From contig NC_092674.1 in NCBI RefSeq assembly GCF_964355755.1, positions 3,534,001 through 3,598,000 of the forward strand: 64,000 bases of DNA. Reading direction: 5' to 3'. Position numbers and translations under genes: made by a program. Positions 1 to 11,627 of the stretch are shown here, piece by piece; positions within the stretch are counted from its first letter, which is position 1; every line of letters begins with the position of its first letter. Source of the DNA: Antedon mediterranea. Lineage: Eukaryota > Animalia > Echinodermata. The notes beneath the pieces were generated by a model. The model was not told the DNA's origin. It saw nothing but the letters and a program-made list of their open reading frames with translations, and searched no databases.

Positions 1-113
1 TCATGCAATATTTATGGAAAATAAAGTGATTTTGAAACAAAAATTTTTTTTTCTTGGCCTTAATCAAAATGACCATGGTCATTAAGCATGGATGGCGTCC
101 TTTATACTCTTAC

Positions 114-3100
114 CTCATCAGTAAGCCACCAGCTAGTGCTATGTGTCTTGGTCCAAACCGCTTTTCTAACTTCCCACCTAGAATCATGGTTGAACCTTGA
201 CCCACAAGAGTTAATACATAAATAAGGACTACAAGCTAAAAAAAAAATTACAAATTGGTTAATAAAAATAGAAATAAAATTGACAAAAAAAGTAAATATT
301 AATACATTACAGTAGAACTTCTAGTAAGGGGACACCTTTGGACCCAAAAAAGTTTCCTCTTAATTGGGGCAGGGCAGCTCCCTCTTAATTGGGGCAGGGC
401 AGCTCCCTCTTAATAGGTGTTAAAATATACAGTAGAACAACACACCTTCAGAACCAAATAAAGTGTCCCCCTAATAGGGTCATAGTGTTAAAACGTATAG
501 GTGCATTTTAATACAACATTTTTTAAATATTAAATTAAAAAAATGTTTTTATGAATATGTTATTTTCAGTTGCTTTAACCATGTAAGTGAATACAGAGAA
601 AAATAATTGTCAGTGATTTGGTTAAGCTGTCGTTGGCTCTCTGACGTCAAGAAAAGATTTCTCTCAATCTTCTTAATTGGATTCAATTCAATGACTGAAG
701 GAGCTTAGGACGAATCCGCTTCGCATAGAAATCTTTTCTGTACGCAGGCCGCTAATAAATTCCAAGTACTGCTTGTATAGTAACCGGCAATAATTAGTAC
801 AGCGCTTCTGATTGGCTGTGTAAAATGATGAATTGTAAATGATTAATTTTAGTGTGTTCTGTAACGGTTTTACCTTACGCGTTGAGTGGTTATTATTATA
901 ATTAGCAGCGTGTGTTGGGTATAGTTACCATATGTTAGAGTATTAACCTTTATTATTTAGACTTTTAGCCTGTTTATTAATCTTTATATTTAACATATTA
1001 TATTATATTAACAGTACATTAATTAATGTGCAGTGACATTTTTAAACTAGGCCTATTGCAATAGACCCGTTTGTTCACTACTAAAATAATGGTATATTTA
1101 CTATATGTTAGATTATTAACATTTATTAATCAGGTTTTTAGCCTATTAAGTATTATTAGCCTTTATATATTTAACATATTATTATTATATTAACAGTACA
1201 TTCATTAATGTACAGCGACATTTTTAAATATCAAGTCTGTATAAATCAAGCCTATTGAAATAGACATGGTTGTTAACTATACTTCATCTTTTAGCCACTT
1301 TTTATCAGAGAATTATGTTGTTTTTGTGATTTTCTGTGTTGGTGGAATTGTCTGTGTATTTTTACTGTTTTATTTATTATATATGATGATGATACTGTGT
1401 GCCATTGTCAAAACAAATTTCTTAATTCTTTTTAATGGACAAATAAAGATACTATGACTACTAACTTAATGTTTTATTATGTTATGAATGTTTTTTAATA
1501 CAATAGACACCAGATATTATTATTATTATTATTACTTAGCTATTATGATCTCATTATACAATTTGTATCTCATTATTATTTTACACATTTCCTCGTGAAT
1601 ATTTTAATACTCCAAAGGAAAAAGGAAATATTGAAATATACAATGAGGTCACCAGCCATATGTTAGAATTATACTGTACTTTGCCGATAGAGATTTATAA
1701 CAGAACCTTATTATGATGATTGGAATGCAACACAATAACCAATTATCTGGCATACAATGGATATGGGATTTTATTGTAAGCTTTATACACAAGAAGAATG
1801 TGGGCACTCTTTTGAGCCAGCCAGAATGGCAGGCTGCTTTGTACCAATACAGTATATCAACAGTGCCAGTGTCACACACAATAATACAATTATAGCATTA
1901 TCATTATTATCAACATATGGCTAATATGTTTATATGTATAATGAGTAAATTATAAATATAAATGCATGTAAGTTGTGAAAAATTATGAGGTCATGATAGG
2001 GGAAGGGCGTAGTGTATGTCTTGATGTTTCTCATAAACCTGGGGTTCAAGAAGAACTATATAGGCACTACCAGGTTAACTAAAAACCCAACAACAACATA
2101 TTAATTGTCATTATTATTTTTTTATTATTTTAAGTCTTGTAATAACATGGTGTTCAAGAATAGCAACTTATTAATTGTCATTATTATTTTTTTATTATTT
2201 TAAGTCTTGTAATAACTTGGTGTTCAAGAATAGCAACATATTAATTGTTATTTTGTAATTATTTTTATTTATTTTTAAACAACATCATTGGACTTGTCAT
2301 AAACTGTGTGTTCAAGACATAGGCTCTACCATGTTAACTAAAAAAAAACCCCCAAAAATCAACAACATAATAATTGTCATTTTTATTTAATTTTAATGAA
2401 CATGTTTGGTCTTCCTTTGCCTTTTTATATCTCTGTTTTGTATTTGGCAGAAATAAATATATAAATAATAACATATAATAATAATACTTTAGGAAATAAA
2501 ATCATTCATAGATGTTTTATGTGACACATTAAAGTTTATTGGCGTGAATGCGTGCTTAATTGATTCATCATCGAACCATACTTAAAGTGCATGTTGTGAT
2601 CTTATTCAGACCAGCAAAAATAACTTATTTTGTTTACCTTATATCGAAGATCTTCTGGTGAGCTTCTTTCACGAATATAAGAAGTAATATATGGTGACAT
2701 GTTTCCTAAACAAATTATGATTTAAAACACATTATAATAAAAAATATACATCAGCTCGAAATAGCAAATTCGTGTGCCATCGTCATTGTACCCCTATAAT
2801 CTGTATCCTCTATGATGAACTCCAACCACGAACTTCCCCTCCATCTTCACACCACCGTAAACCCTTCCCCCAACATCGTAATTTTTTGTCATGACGTTAT
2901 CGTAATCTATTATATTCTTAGAGGCATAGTGGGAATGTAGCGTGGTGGTTAACGTCCCGAGATCCAGGGTTCAATTCTGAAATTCCAGGTAGCAGACGAC
3001 TCTTTTAACTACATGTCTCCCTATAAGTTTCAAGACTTAGTTTATTTATAAACACGATAAATTATTAAATAGTTTATCCATGCTGTAATTGGCGAGGTAG

Positions 3101-3321
3101 TCGCTGTTGGATGCGCATAAGAAAGATAGAAAAGAATGATCGCAAAAGAGGCGCGTGTGGGAAATGTCTGTGTCAAGCAATTATTCAATCAAAACATAAA
3201 AATTATAAAAACATTTTCTTCCGGCTCTCTTACCAAACGTGTAAAACGTTCCGATGGTCAAATGTATCAACACGCCTCCAACTATAGCCAACCAGCCCCT
3301 CCACCTCCTGGAAGAAACCAT
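114..3321 (-). CDS. MFS transporter, oxalate:formate antiporter (OFA)-like; first three coding exons, gene continues off the left edge
   Basis: Exons 3321-3234 (ATG..phase 1, gtaaga), 2705-2638 (tttag / gtaaac) and 235-114 (ttttag / gtaaga) join in frame to MVSSRRWRGWLAIVGGVLIHLTIGTFYTFGNMSPYITSYIRERSSPEDLRYKLVVLIYVLTLVGQGSTMILGGKLEKRFGPRHIALAGGLLM. This gives TM1, TM2 and an MFS motif-A-like loop (GGKLEKRFGPR). Family call is from recalled similarity. Confidence 0.85.
310..480 (+). mobile_element. Tc1/mariner-pogo-type MITE end fragments (two partial left ends)
   Basis: TA|CAGTAGAAC..GGGGACACCTT..AAAGT start occurs at ~310 and ~430, with an internal duplication (cctcttaattggggcagggcagctc). 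Related to the element at 12664. Confidence 0.5.
930..1265. repeat. Degenerate tandem duplication (~170 bp x2)
   Basis: atatgttaga-tattaac...ttaacagtacatt-attaatgt-cag-gacatttttaaa...gcctattg-aatagac occurs at ~930 and ~1103. Confidence 0.7.
2933..3170 (+). mobile_element. tRNA-derived SINE-like repeat
   Basis: A-box-like TAGCGTGGTGG and B-box-like GGTTCAATTC. The core ataaattat-aaatagtttatccat-ctgtaattggcgag-ta-tcgctgtt-gatgcg is shared with the copy at ~13890-14090. Confidence 0.6.
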
Positions 3322-3546
3322 ATTTTCAGTCTTAAAAAGTCGAACAACTTGTGAATATATGAACTGTTCAAAGATACGATCTTTGGCTTAAGTAACTGCT
3401 TATAGCATTTCTTTCTTGCCGTCTGTTACATTTGATATTGTTAGTTAGGTAAGTAAAAGTTGAGGGCGCTAACACAAACTTTTCAAATATCAAAAAAATC
3501 GTTCGTTTTTTTTCTTTTTTCGCCAATCGACAATTGTGCGAATCGA

Positions 3547-3653
3547 ACCGATTTGTGGAACTCGACCGATCGAATGCACCCGATATAAACCGATTTGTGG
3601 AACTCGACTGACTGCACCCGATATAAACCGATTCGTGGGACTCGACCGACTGC
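3547..3653. repeat. Minisatellite, ~40 bp x ~3
   Basis: accgatttgtggaactcgac...tgcacccgatataa repeated. Confidence 0.75.
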
Positions 3654-3971
3654 TAAAAATGTAAGCCAATCCAATCGTTCGAAATACTAATTTAAATAAA
3701 GTGTGCAACATTCCATGGACATAATAGAATCATTGCTTTGTTTCATTTTTTGTGAAGAAGGGAAGCAGGAAAGATGGCGATAACAGTAAGCTAGGTTCTA
3801 ACCATGAAGGTAGGCTGCACGTTTATGCTGTAACACCATATTATGCTAATTGAAATTCTAAAACACACGTTCTTTTGGCCTAATTAAACTATATACTTTT
3901 GTGGGTGAATGTGACGTAATGTGGCTTACTGGAGTCATCATCATTCCCCTTCCCCAAAAAAGTCTTTGGAA

Positions 3972-4188
3972 TTTGTTTCATCGATCTTTGGACATCAAAG
4001 TTTTTAATTTTGTTTCATCGAGCTTTGGACATCAAAGTCTTTGACTTTTGTTTCATCGTAGCTTTGGACATCAAAGTTTTTGATTTTGTTTCATCGTAGC
4101 TTTGGACATCAAAGTTTTTGATTTTGTTTCATCGTAGCTTTGGACATCAAAGTTTTTGATTTTGTTTCATCGTAGCTTTGGACATCAA
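3972..4188. repeat. Minisatellite, 38 bp x ~6
   Basis: tttgtttcatcgtagctttggacatcaaagtttttgat in tandem. Confidence 0.9.
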
Positions 4189-4355
4189 AAATAGTAAGAA
4201 CTAATACTACTGAATCAAAATATTAATTTGTATTATATTATTAATATAAATCAATGTGTTGGTTCAAACTATTACTAACACACATAAGATTTGCTACCGT
4301 GAGTATTATTTGGACGATTTTTGATTGGTCGAGGAGTTGACAGGTGGAGTTAACA

Positions 4356-4453
4356 TTACCGATCTCTTAAACGCGTTACCGATCCTTTAAACGCGTTACC
4401 GATCTCTTAAACGCATTACCGATCTCTTAAACGCATTACCGATCTCTTAAACG
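4356..4453. repeat. Minisatellite, 20 bp x 5
   Basis: ttaccgatctcttaaacgc(g/a) in tandem. Confidence 0.9.
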
Positions 4454-4642
4454 GGTCTACATCTCACAAATTGACACAGTACGAGAATTTATTTTCACGT
4501 CGGAATAATAATCACTGGTACAAAGAATTATAATTTTAGAAATTCAATTCTTTGGTCTTTTGTGTTTTTTTTTCCACAGCGCATCAGGTCAACGAGAGAC
4601 ATCCATTTTTTAACAGGAATAAATAATTAATACTGATTATTT

Positions 4643-5513
4643 GGTTGTATCATGCATGAACAAGTCTGTATGCATTAGGCATCAACCCTTATCAAATATA
4701 TTGTAAAATTACGTAATATAATCTGTATTCCAAAATATATTGCAAATATATTATGGGTTGCGAATTCTATTTATCATATGTTGTTATTATGTATTATTAT
4801 TTATTATATGTCATGTTTATTTCATAGCTAGACAGTTCGCATGGTAGACTACACTTGAACTGATTCCTGTTTAAAAGAATTAAAATTGTCACCATGGTGA
4901 TTATGTGAGATAGGTCCCACAACATATCTTATTTAATTGCATTGGTTGAACATAAATATAGCAATTTTGAATAGTGTATATAATGTTGAAATATTCATCA
5001 TCATAATACTCGCATTATAAACAGATGACATGTTATTTACTTTATATTTAGTTATTTATTTTTGACCTGTCTGTAATATCATGATTTGTAGACAGAAATG
5101 TGAACATCATCAAAACACATACAATTAAAAGTACAATTACAACTGTAACTATTTTAGATATTGTTCTATATAATACAATGTCTCCGATAATTACATTTGT
5201 CACTGGTCTTTTCGTTTTCTCTAGTTTGATTTTCGGTGACAAACTCCTATGAATTGTCCCTTAACATGTCATAGATTTGTCACTGTGAATACATTCTAGA
5301 GATTGTTTCCAAGTATGACATCATCACCGTCACTACATCATCATACGCGGCACTCCTCCCCCATCACGTGGCATCATCAACAAAACCTTTTTTTTTTACA
5401 AATGAATGCTACTTGGATTAGTGCCAAGTAGTGTATATTTTTTATGTTTACATCATCATACATCGATTATTATGTGTTTTAACTAACAAAGTTTAGTCAT
5501 GCATGATACAACC
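4643..5513. mobile_element. Putative non-autonomous TIR element (~870 bp)
   Basis: Perfect 17-bp inverted repeat GGTTGTATCATGCATGA (4643-4659) / TCATGCATGATACAACC (5497-5513). No clear TSD. Confidence 0.5.
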
Positions 5514-5851
5514 CCAGTTGTGCAACTTAAGTATCCTGACATGCGCACTGGTTTATTGTGATTTATATTTTGTGTAATGTACAGGTGGCCAAAGGTAGGT
5601 TACTAACGCAGCAAGACATCCTGATTCACCTGGATTCATACCTCATGGTAGTGTCAGGCTTGTAAATTTACTTTTCAGGAACTATAAACAGCCAGTCTTT
5701 TTAACTTTGAATCGCGATTAATTAATTTTAATTCAATTAATAAATTTAATTAATTTTTATAATTTATGTTATATAAATTTATATTTTTTAATCATTTAAT
5801 GTACAATTTCAAGGCATTTTCCTCTTTTAATATGAATAAGAAGTTTCTTTG

Positions 5852-6005
5852 TTTGATTTGATTTGATTTATTAGCATCTCATTAAAAAGACACAGTTTAT
5901 GAAACAGAGATAATACACAATTTAAAAATGTTAAAAATACAAAAACAGAGATGCAGGATAGCCCATGAAAGTCTCAATTTGAGACTTATTTCCAATGGGG
6001 TCCTC
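5852..6005 (-). mobile_element. LINE (CR1/L2 group) 3' UTR remnant
   Basis: Minus strand reads gaggaccccattggaaataagtctc..gggctatcct..aataaa(atcaa)n, a typical stem-loop plus microsatellite tail. Confidence 0.55.
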
Positions 6006-6529
6006 AAATTTAATTTTTCTATTACACTGATATATTTTCCTCTGCATTTAAGCCGATGATTTTACTTTATAGTTTTTGAGAAAACTTCAATTTGTTTTTC
6101 ATCGTTACCATATTTTTATCGTACAAAAAGTTGAAATTGTCTGTACCTTCCATTCATACAAACGGCTGAACAAAATAAACCAACTTAAAGTTAGGAACTA
6201 CGCACACCAAATTCAGAAGTCATTACATTTTTTCTTCGAATTTGCAGATTTTTTAATCACTCAAGTCTTCGATTTTGCTTTAATCACGGAGTTCTTTTTT
6301 CAACAAGATTTTCACTTCTTTTATCAACAATTCGATTTATGTATCATCGTTTATTTTGCTTTTTTTCTTTGAAGAGAATGGTTCCATCGTTTCAACACGG
6401 CGTTTCTTTGAATTAATTTTCACGTTTTTCCCCTATTTTGTGTCATCGTTTATTTTGCTTAACATCAAATTTTTTCTGCACATCAGCAACAAAAATAATG
6501 CTTTTATTCGAATTTTCACAACAGGATTT

Positions 6530-6815
6530 TTTCATCACTTCGATTTTGTTTTCCATCACTTCGATTTGGTTTTCATCACTTCGATTTGGTTTTCATCACT
6601 TCGATTTTGTTTTCCATCACTCCGATTTTGTTCGATTTTGTTTTTATCATCACTTCGATTTTGTTCTTATCACTTCGATTTTGTTTTTATCACTTCGATT
6701 TGGGTTCCAACACTTCGATTTGGGTTCCAACACTTCGATTTTGTTTTCATCACTCCGATTTTGTTTTCATCACTTCGATTTTTTTCTTCATCTCTTCGAT
6801 TTTGTTCTCATCACC
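6530..6815. repeat. Minisatellite, ~21 bp x ~14
   Basis: catcacttcgattttgtttt tandem units; these explain the three overlapping spurious ORFs at 6356-6853. Confidence 0.9.
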
Positions 6816-7007
6816 GCGTTTCTTCGAATTATTGTGATTTAAGGTATATGTAAGTATTCAAGTTGGGTATAAGTAAGTAATATACCAACACAACAAAATA
6901 TAATTGACATGGCTGCGTAAGTATGGTTGGTTGGTAACCTTTTCTCTTTATCGAATAGCTAGGCCCGTGTAAGAATATAGTGTATTTTGTAGTATTGTTG
7001 TACTTTA

Positions 7008-7167
7008 AGCTTGGTTCCCACTATAGACGGCAGATACGCACAAGACGTATACGCAAGCAAGTTAACCAATGACGACCGAGAGTTCGAATATAATCCATCG
7101 CGTGTGATTGGTCAAATCACTTACGTTGCGTTTACGTTACTTTTGCGTCTTTAGTGGAAACCAAGTA
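7008..7167. mobile_element. PIF/Harbinger-like MITE (family 2)
   Basis: TIR AGCTTGGTTCCCACTA / TAGTGGAAACCAAG with TTA flanks and a palindromic interior; second copy at 63298. Confidence 0.75.
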
Positions 7168-8768
7168 TTATATCTAATTAAGGTAATTAGTCTATATTTA
7201 AAGGCTGTATTTTATCTTAACGTAATAATATTCATTATTTATATACAGTTATTATAGTAATATTTAGTATAAGATGCTTTACTGCTTTCTTTATTAAATT
7301 TAACTATCGAAATAAATACAGTTTAGTATAGTACGTTTAACATGATAGAACCAATTGCCATTTTGCCTGGTAGTAACATATAAGGCTTATTCTTAGCTAT
7401 ATTGCACTCTATGGCAAATGCTATTTATGGCATAAGTGTAGGTAGGGATACTTTTAATGTTTCAGTGCAGTGTTAGGTTTATTTAATCAAGAAGTGAAAG
7501 CCACCTACATTTAGGCCCACTGATTTAGCGCATGGTTTATATTTTAAATGTTTTAAATATCTTTGTTTTATTAATATTTATTAAATGTTGTTAATGAGCG
7601 CAGCTTTACCAATACTTTTGTTGAGATAAAGTATTGATGAGCGCCGAAAATATAAGTGATTTTAATCAGATCAAATTTAAAATTAAGCATATTCGTGTTT
7701 AAAGTAAAAAAACGCTGATGTTAATGGCGAGAACGATACAAAATGAAATATTGTATAATTCGGATTGGCAATCGCGTTTTAAATTAGTACGGCGTAATAG
7801 TAGGCATAATTTGTTTTGTGCGCAACTTTACTATTGAAATGATATTTAGATTTACGCGGCAGATTTGCGCAAACACGTTTTAAACGGTTCGTTTTCAGGG
7901 CAAAATGGTAATGAAGTCCAATATATAGTTTGCATATAATAATTATTCGTATTCACCAATCATATTTCCCTTAGCCGAAGTGTGATTGGTGAATACGGCC
8001 ACTGGACCGGCTGGTTCTTCCGCTCCTTCATCCACCCACTTAACTTAAATTCCGCTCCGCCTCTACCCCCTACCTTCATTCACCCACTTAACTTATATTC
8101 CGCTCCACCTCTACCCCCTCCCCTCATTTTTGTTACATCCGCCTGTGGTGTTTATGTGCTAATAAAGCTTTAATAAAAACAATAATCTTATATTACTTTC
8201 CGCCGAGAAGTCTTCCGTATCTCCACTTCATCTTCGCTGCTTCTCAGTGATAAGGTTCCTAGTTAATTTTTCTAAATATCTGTGCGTTTCAAAAGTAGTT
8301 TGGTAATTTGCTGTATTTGGTCTAATAACCTACACAGCATATTGTTGCACGTTTCCAGCAATATTATGAATATCATAAATTTGTCATGGGGATTTTCTGG
8401 GGTTTTACCTCGGTTTTAAATTTGACATAGACCTACGCCAATTGACAATTGAGTCCGTTTTCTACATCCAAAGTCATAACAATCTGTTTGATGGACCATA
8501 GTTGGTTTGAAATAAATAAATCAAAGTACGTTTTTTTTTTTTCTGTTTTTAGAAAAGTGCGGTAACTGAGGGGCAGTTATTTGAAAACGCAACAAAAAGC
8601 TACAGGTTTTTTTTTATAGGCCGAGTTGTTGAAAGATGAGTACAGTAATTTATTTATTTGCGTAACGTATCCAGATGACACTCAATAGTCGGTTAACATC
8701 TATCTAATGACAAATGCAGAATCGGGTGAGTAGCCTAGAATTGCAGTGTTTAATGCAAAACTCGTAGT

Positions 8769-10025
8769 GGTAAGTTTGGTTTAGTACTACTGGTAAGTTA
8801 AATGGTTACAAGTTGTACGAGGCAAGTTTTTGGCAGTATGCTACAGGTAAGTTTGGTTTAGTACTACTGGTAAGTTAAATGGTTACAAGTTGTACGAGGT
8901 AAGTTTTTGGCAGTATGCTACAGGTAAGTTTGGTTTAGTACTACTGGTAAGTTTGGTTTAGTACTACTGGTAAGTTAAATGGTTACAAGTTGTACGAGGT
9001 AAGTTTTTGGCAGTATGCTACAGGTAAGTTTGGTTTAGTACTACTGGTAAGTTAAATGGTTACAAGTTGTACGAGGTAAGTTTTTGACTGTATGCTACAG
9101 GTAAGTTTGGTTTAGTACTACTGGTAAGTTAAATGGTTACAAGTTGTACGAGGTAAGTTTTTGACTGTATGCTACAGGTAAGTTTGGTTTAGTACTACTG
9201 GTAAGTTAAATGGTTACAAGTTGTACGAGGTAAGTTTTTGGCAGTATGCTACAGGTAAGTTTGGTTTAGTACTACTGGTAAGTTAAATGGTTACAAGTTG
9301 TACGAAGTAAGTTTTTGACTGTATGCTACAGGTAAGTTTGGTTTAGTACTACTGGTAAGTTAAATGGTTACAAGTTGTACGAGGTAAGTTTTTGACAGTA
9401 TGCTACAGGTAAGTTTGGTTTAGTACTACTGGTAAGTTAAATGGTTACAAGTTGTACGAGGTAAGTTTTTGACTGTATGCTACAGGTAAGTTTGGTTTAG
9501 TACTACTGGTAAGTTAAATGGTTACAAGTTGTACGAGGTAAGTTTTTGGCAGTATGCTACAGGTAAGTTCGGTTTAGTACTACTGGTAAGTTAAATGGTT
9601 ACAAGTTGTACGAAGTAAGTGTTTGACTGTATGCACAGGTAAGTTTGGTTTAGTACTACTGGTAAGTTAAATGGTTACAAGTTGTACGAGGTAAGTTTTT
9701 GACTGTATGCTACAGGTAAGTTTGGTTTAGTACTACTGGTAAGTTAAATGGTTACAAGTTGTACGAGGTAAGTTTTTGGCAGTATGCTACAGGTAAGTTT
9801 GGTTTAGTACTACTGGTAAGTTAAATGGTTACAAGTTGTACGAGGTAAGTTTTTGGCAGTATGCTACAGGTAAGTTTGGTTTAGTACTACTGGTAATTTA
9901 AATGGTTACAAGTTGTACGAAGTAAGTTTTTGACTGTATGCTACAGGTAAGTTTGGTTTAGTACTACTGGTAAGTTAAATGGTTACAAGTTGTACGAGGT
10001 AAGTTTTTTGGCAGTGTTGCTGGTA
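8769..10025 (+). repeat. 77-bp tandem repeat x16, each unit made of three GGTAAGTT-headed subunits
   Basis: Unit ggtaagttaaatggttacaagttgtacga-ggtaagtttttg(ac/gc)(t/a)gtatgctaca-ggtaagtttggtttagtactact (29+25+23 bp). Degenerate continuation to ~10215. Confidence 0.95.
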
Positions 10026-11074
10026 AACTTAGGTGAATCAAGGTTGGGACAAGGTAAGTTTGCCTAACTAACACTAAAAATACCGTACTGTTAAGTTGAT
10101 CGGGTAAAAATTGAGTACAATGTAATTTTGGCTCTAAATACGTATAATACCGTACTGGTGGGGTGGGTAAAGTTGGTAAGTTAGGTGGGTAAAAATTTGG
10201 CACGAGGTAAGTTTGGTTCTAATACACACATTACTTTGGTATACAAGTGTATTTAAGTTTGTGTATATTCTGTATGTCGTATGTGTTTATTTAAGTTTAT
10301 GTATGATTAATATACTCGTAGGCCTACTGGTTAATTAAGGTGCAAATTAATTCGGAAAGTGTATTTATTTGTATTTGTTTATTTAAGTATTTGGTACGTA
10401 TAATATTTATTGAAGTTTGTGTTCAATGAGTGTCGTTAAGTTTGGTTGGTGCATATTAATTGGCAAGTGTATTTTAAATTAAGTTTGTTAATTTAAGTAT
10501 GTGGTACGTAACTATATTTATTTAAGTTTGCATATTAATTTGGTACTGTGTGTACTTATTTATTATGTTATTTAAGGTCACACGCGTGTCAATTAAGTAA
10601 GTAAGTGTGTTTGATTTTAATATAAAGTAAGTTTTGTACGGTGAGTGATTTTTTTTAAATGAACTTATTACTTAATTTGTGTATAACACCATGGTAAGTT
10701 GGTAAAGACGCAGGTAAGTTTTGCGTTCTGAAGTTTTGATTATTTAATTAATTTACGGAGGTTGAGTTTCACAAATAAGACGCTTGTAAGTTTGTTGTGG
10801 TGAAGTATTGGAGTGCACGCCTTGCATACTTCACACACGATTTTGAGTTAGATTTCCAGTAAATTTTGGAGATTAATTTTCTCTCTTTTCAAGTGGGATT
10901 TTTCTCCGAGGACTTCGGTTTCTCCCCAGACATTTAAACTTAAAAAGAGGAGGATAAAGGTGGCATTCACGTGGCCCTCCTTGTGAGTACCAGTGACTAC
11001 TGTAGCTGGGAAACGAATACCTTTAATAAATCAAGATAACATTGCCTTTGTGTTGAGAGCCTTGATGATGTAAA

Positions 11075-11090
11075 CAATAGAGGGCGCTAA
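11075..11090 (+). promoter_or_regulatory. CTCF-like motif upstream of TBC1D24
   Basis: CAATAGAGGGCGCTA resembles the CTCF consensus CCAC(C/T)AG(A/G)(G/T)GGCGC. Motif match only. Confidence 0.35.
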
Positions 11091-11627
11091 TTCATTTTAA
11101 AAATCAGAAGAGAAAAGGGGAGGAGCAACAACGCCAACAAAACAGGTGCGAAAGTGCTTCAAAACTGATCAAAACAATCTGTTTTTTTATGTCTAGTTTT
11201 AGGAAACTAGACATTAAATAGACATTACTGGAGAGTCGTGTAAGAGCAAAACGTAGGATAGTGTTGCGTTTCAACTTTCAGAGGTGCTAGGCTAGACCCA
11301 GTATTTATTGGATTGTTGGAGAGAGCAGCCACCACCTGCAGCAGAAGTAGTCATCGATATAGGCTATGTCGATGCTATGTCATAGCCTGACGTATTTAGC
11401 TAGATAGAGACCCTGGGCCGGGTAGCCTGTTGCGTATTTAATATAAGAATAATATAAAGGTAGGTCCTGCGCGTCAAAAAACAAAACAAAAAAGTACAGT
11501 TGGCCTAGGCCGGGGTTTGAATACACAATACTTTTACATTAGCATAAAAAGACTAGACTAGCAAATTAATTTTATAATGGCTGCAAACCATACATACAAT
11601 ACAACATCATTGCCTTTTTCTAGATCA

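Noticed and set aside
2933-2990. tRNA gene
   Set aside because: A/B-box-like motifs are present but there is no cloverleaf; it continues into a repeat core shared with ~13890, so it is a SINE head.
6076-6853. Phe-rich ORFs
   Set aside because: Derived from the ~21-bp T-rich minisatellite and its degenerate flank.
8769-10025. U1 snRNA gene copies on the minus strand (ACTTACCTG)
   Set aside because: Only the 5' 7-9 nt match; no U1 stem-loops or Sm site follow.
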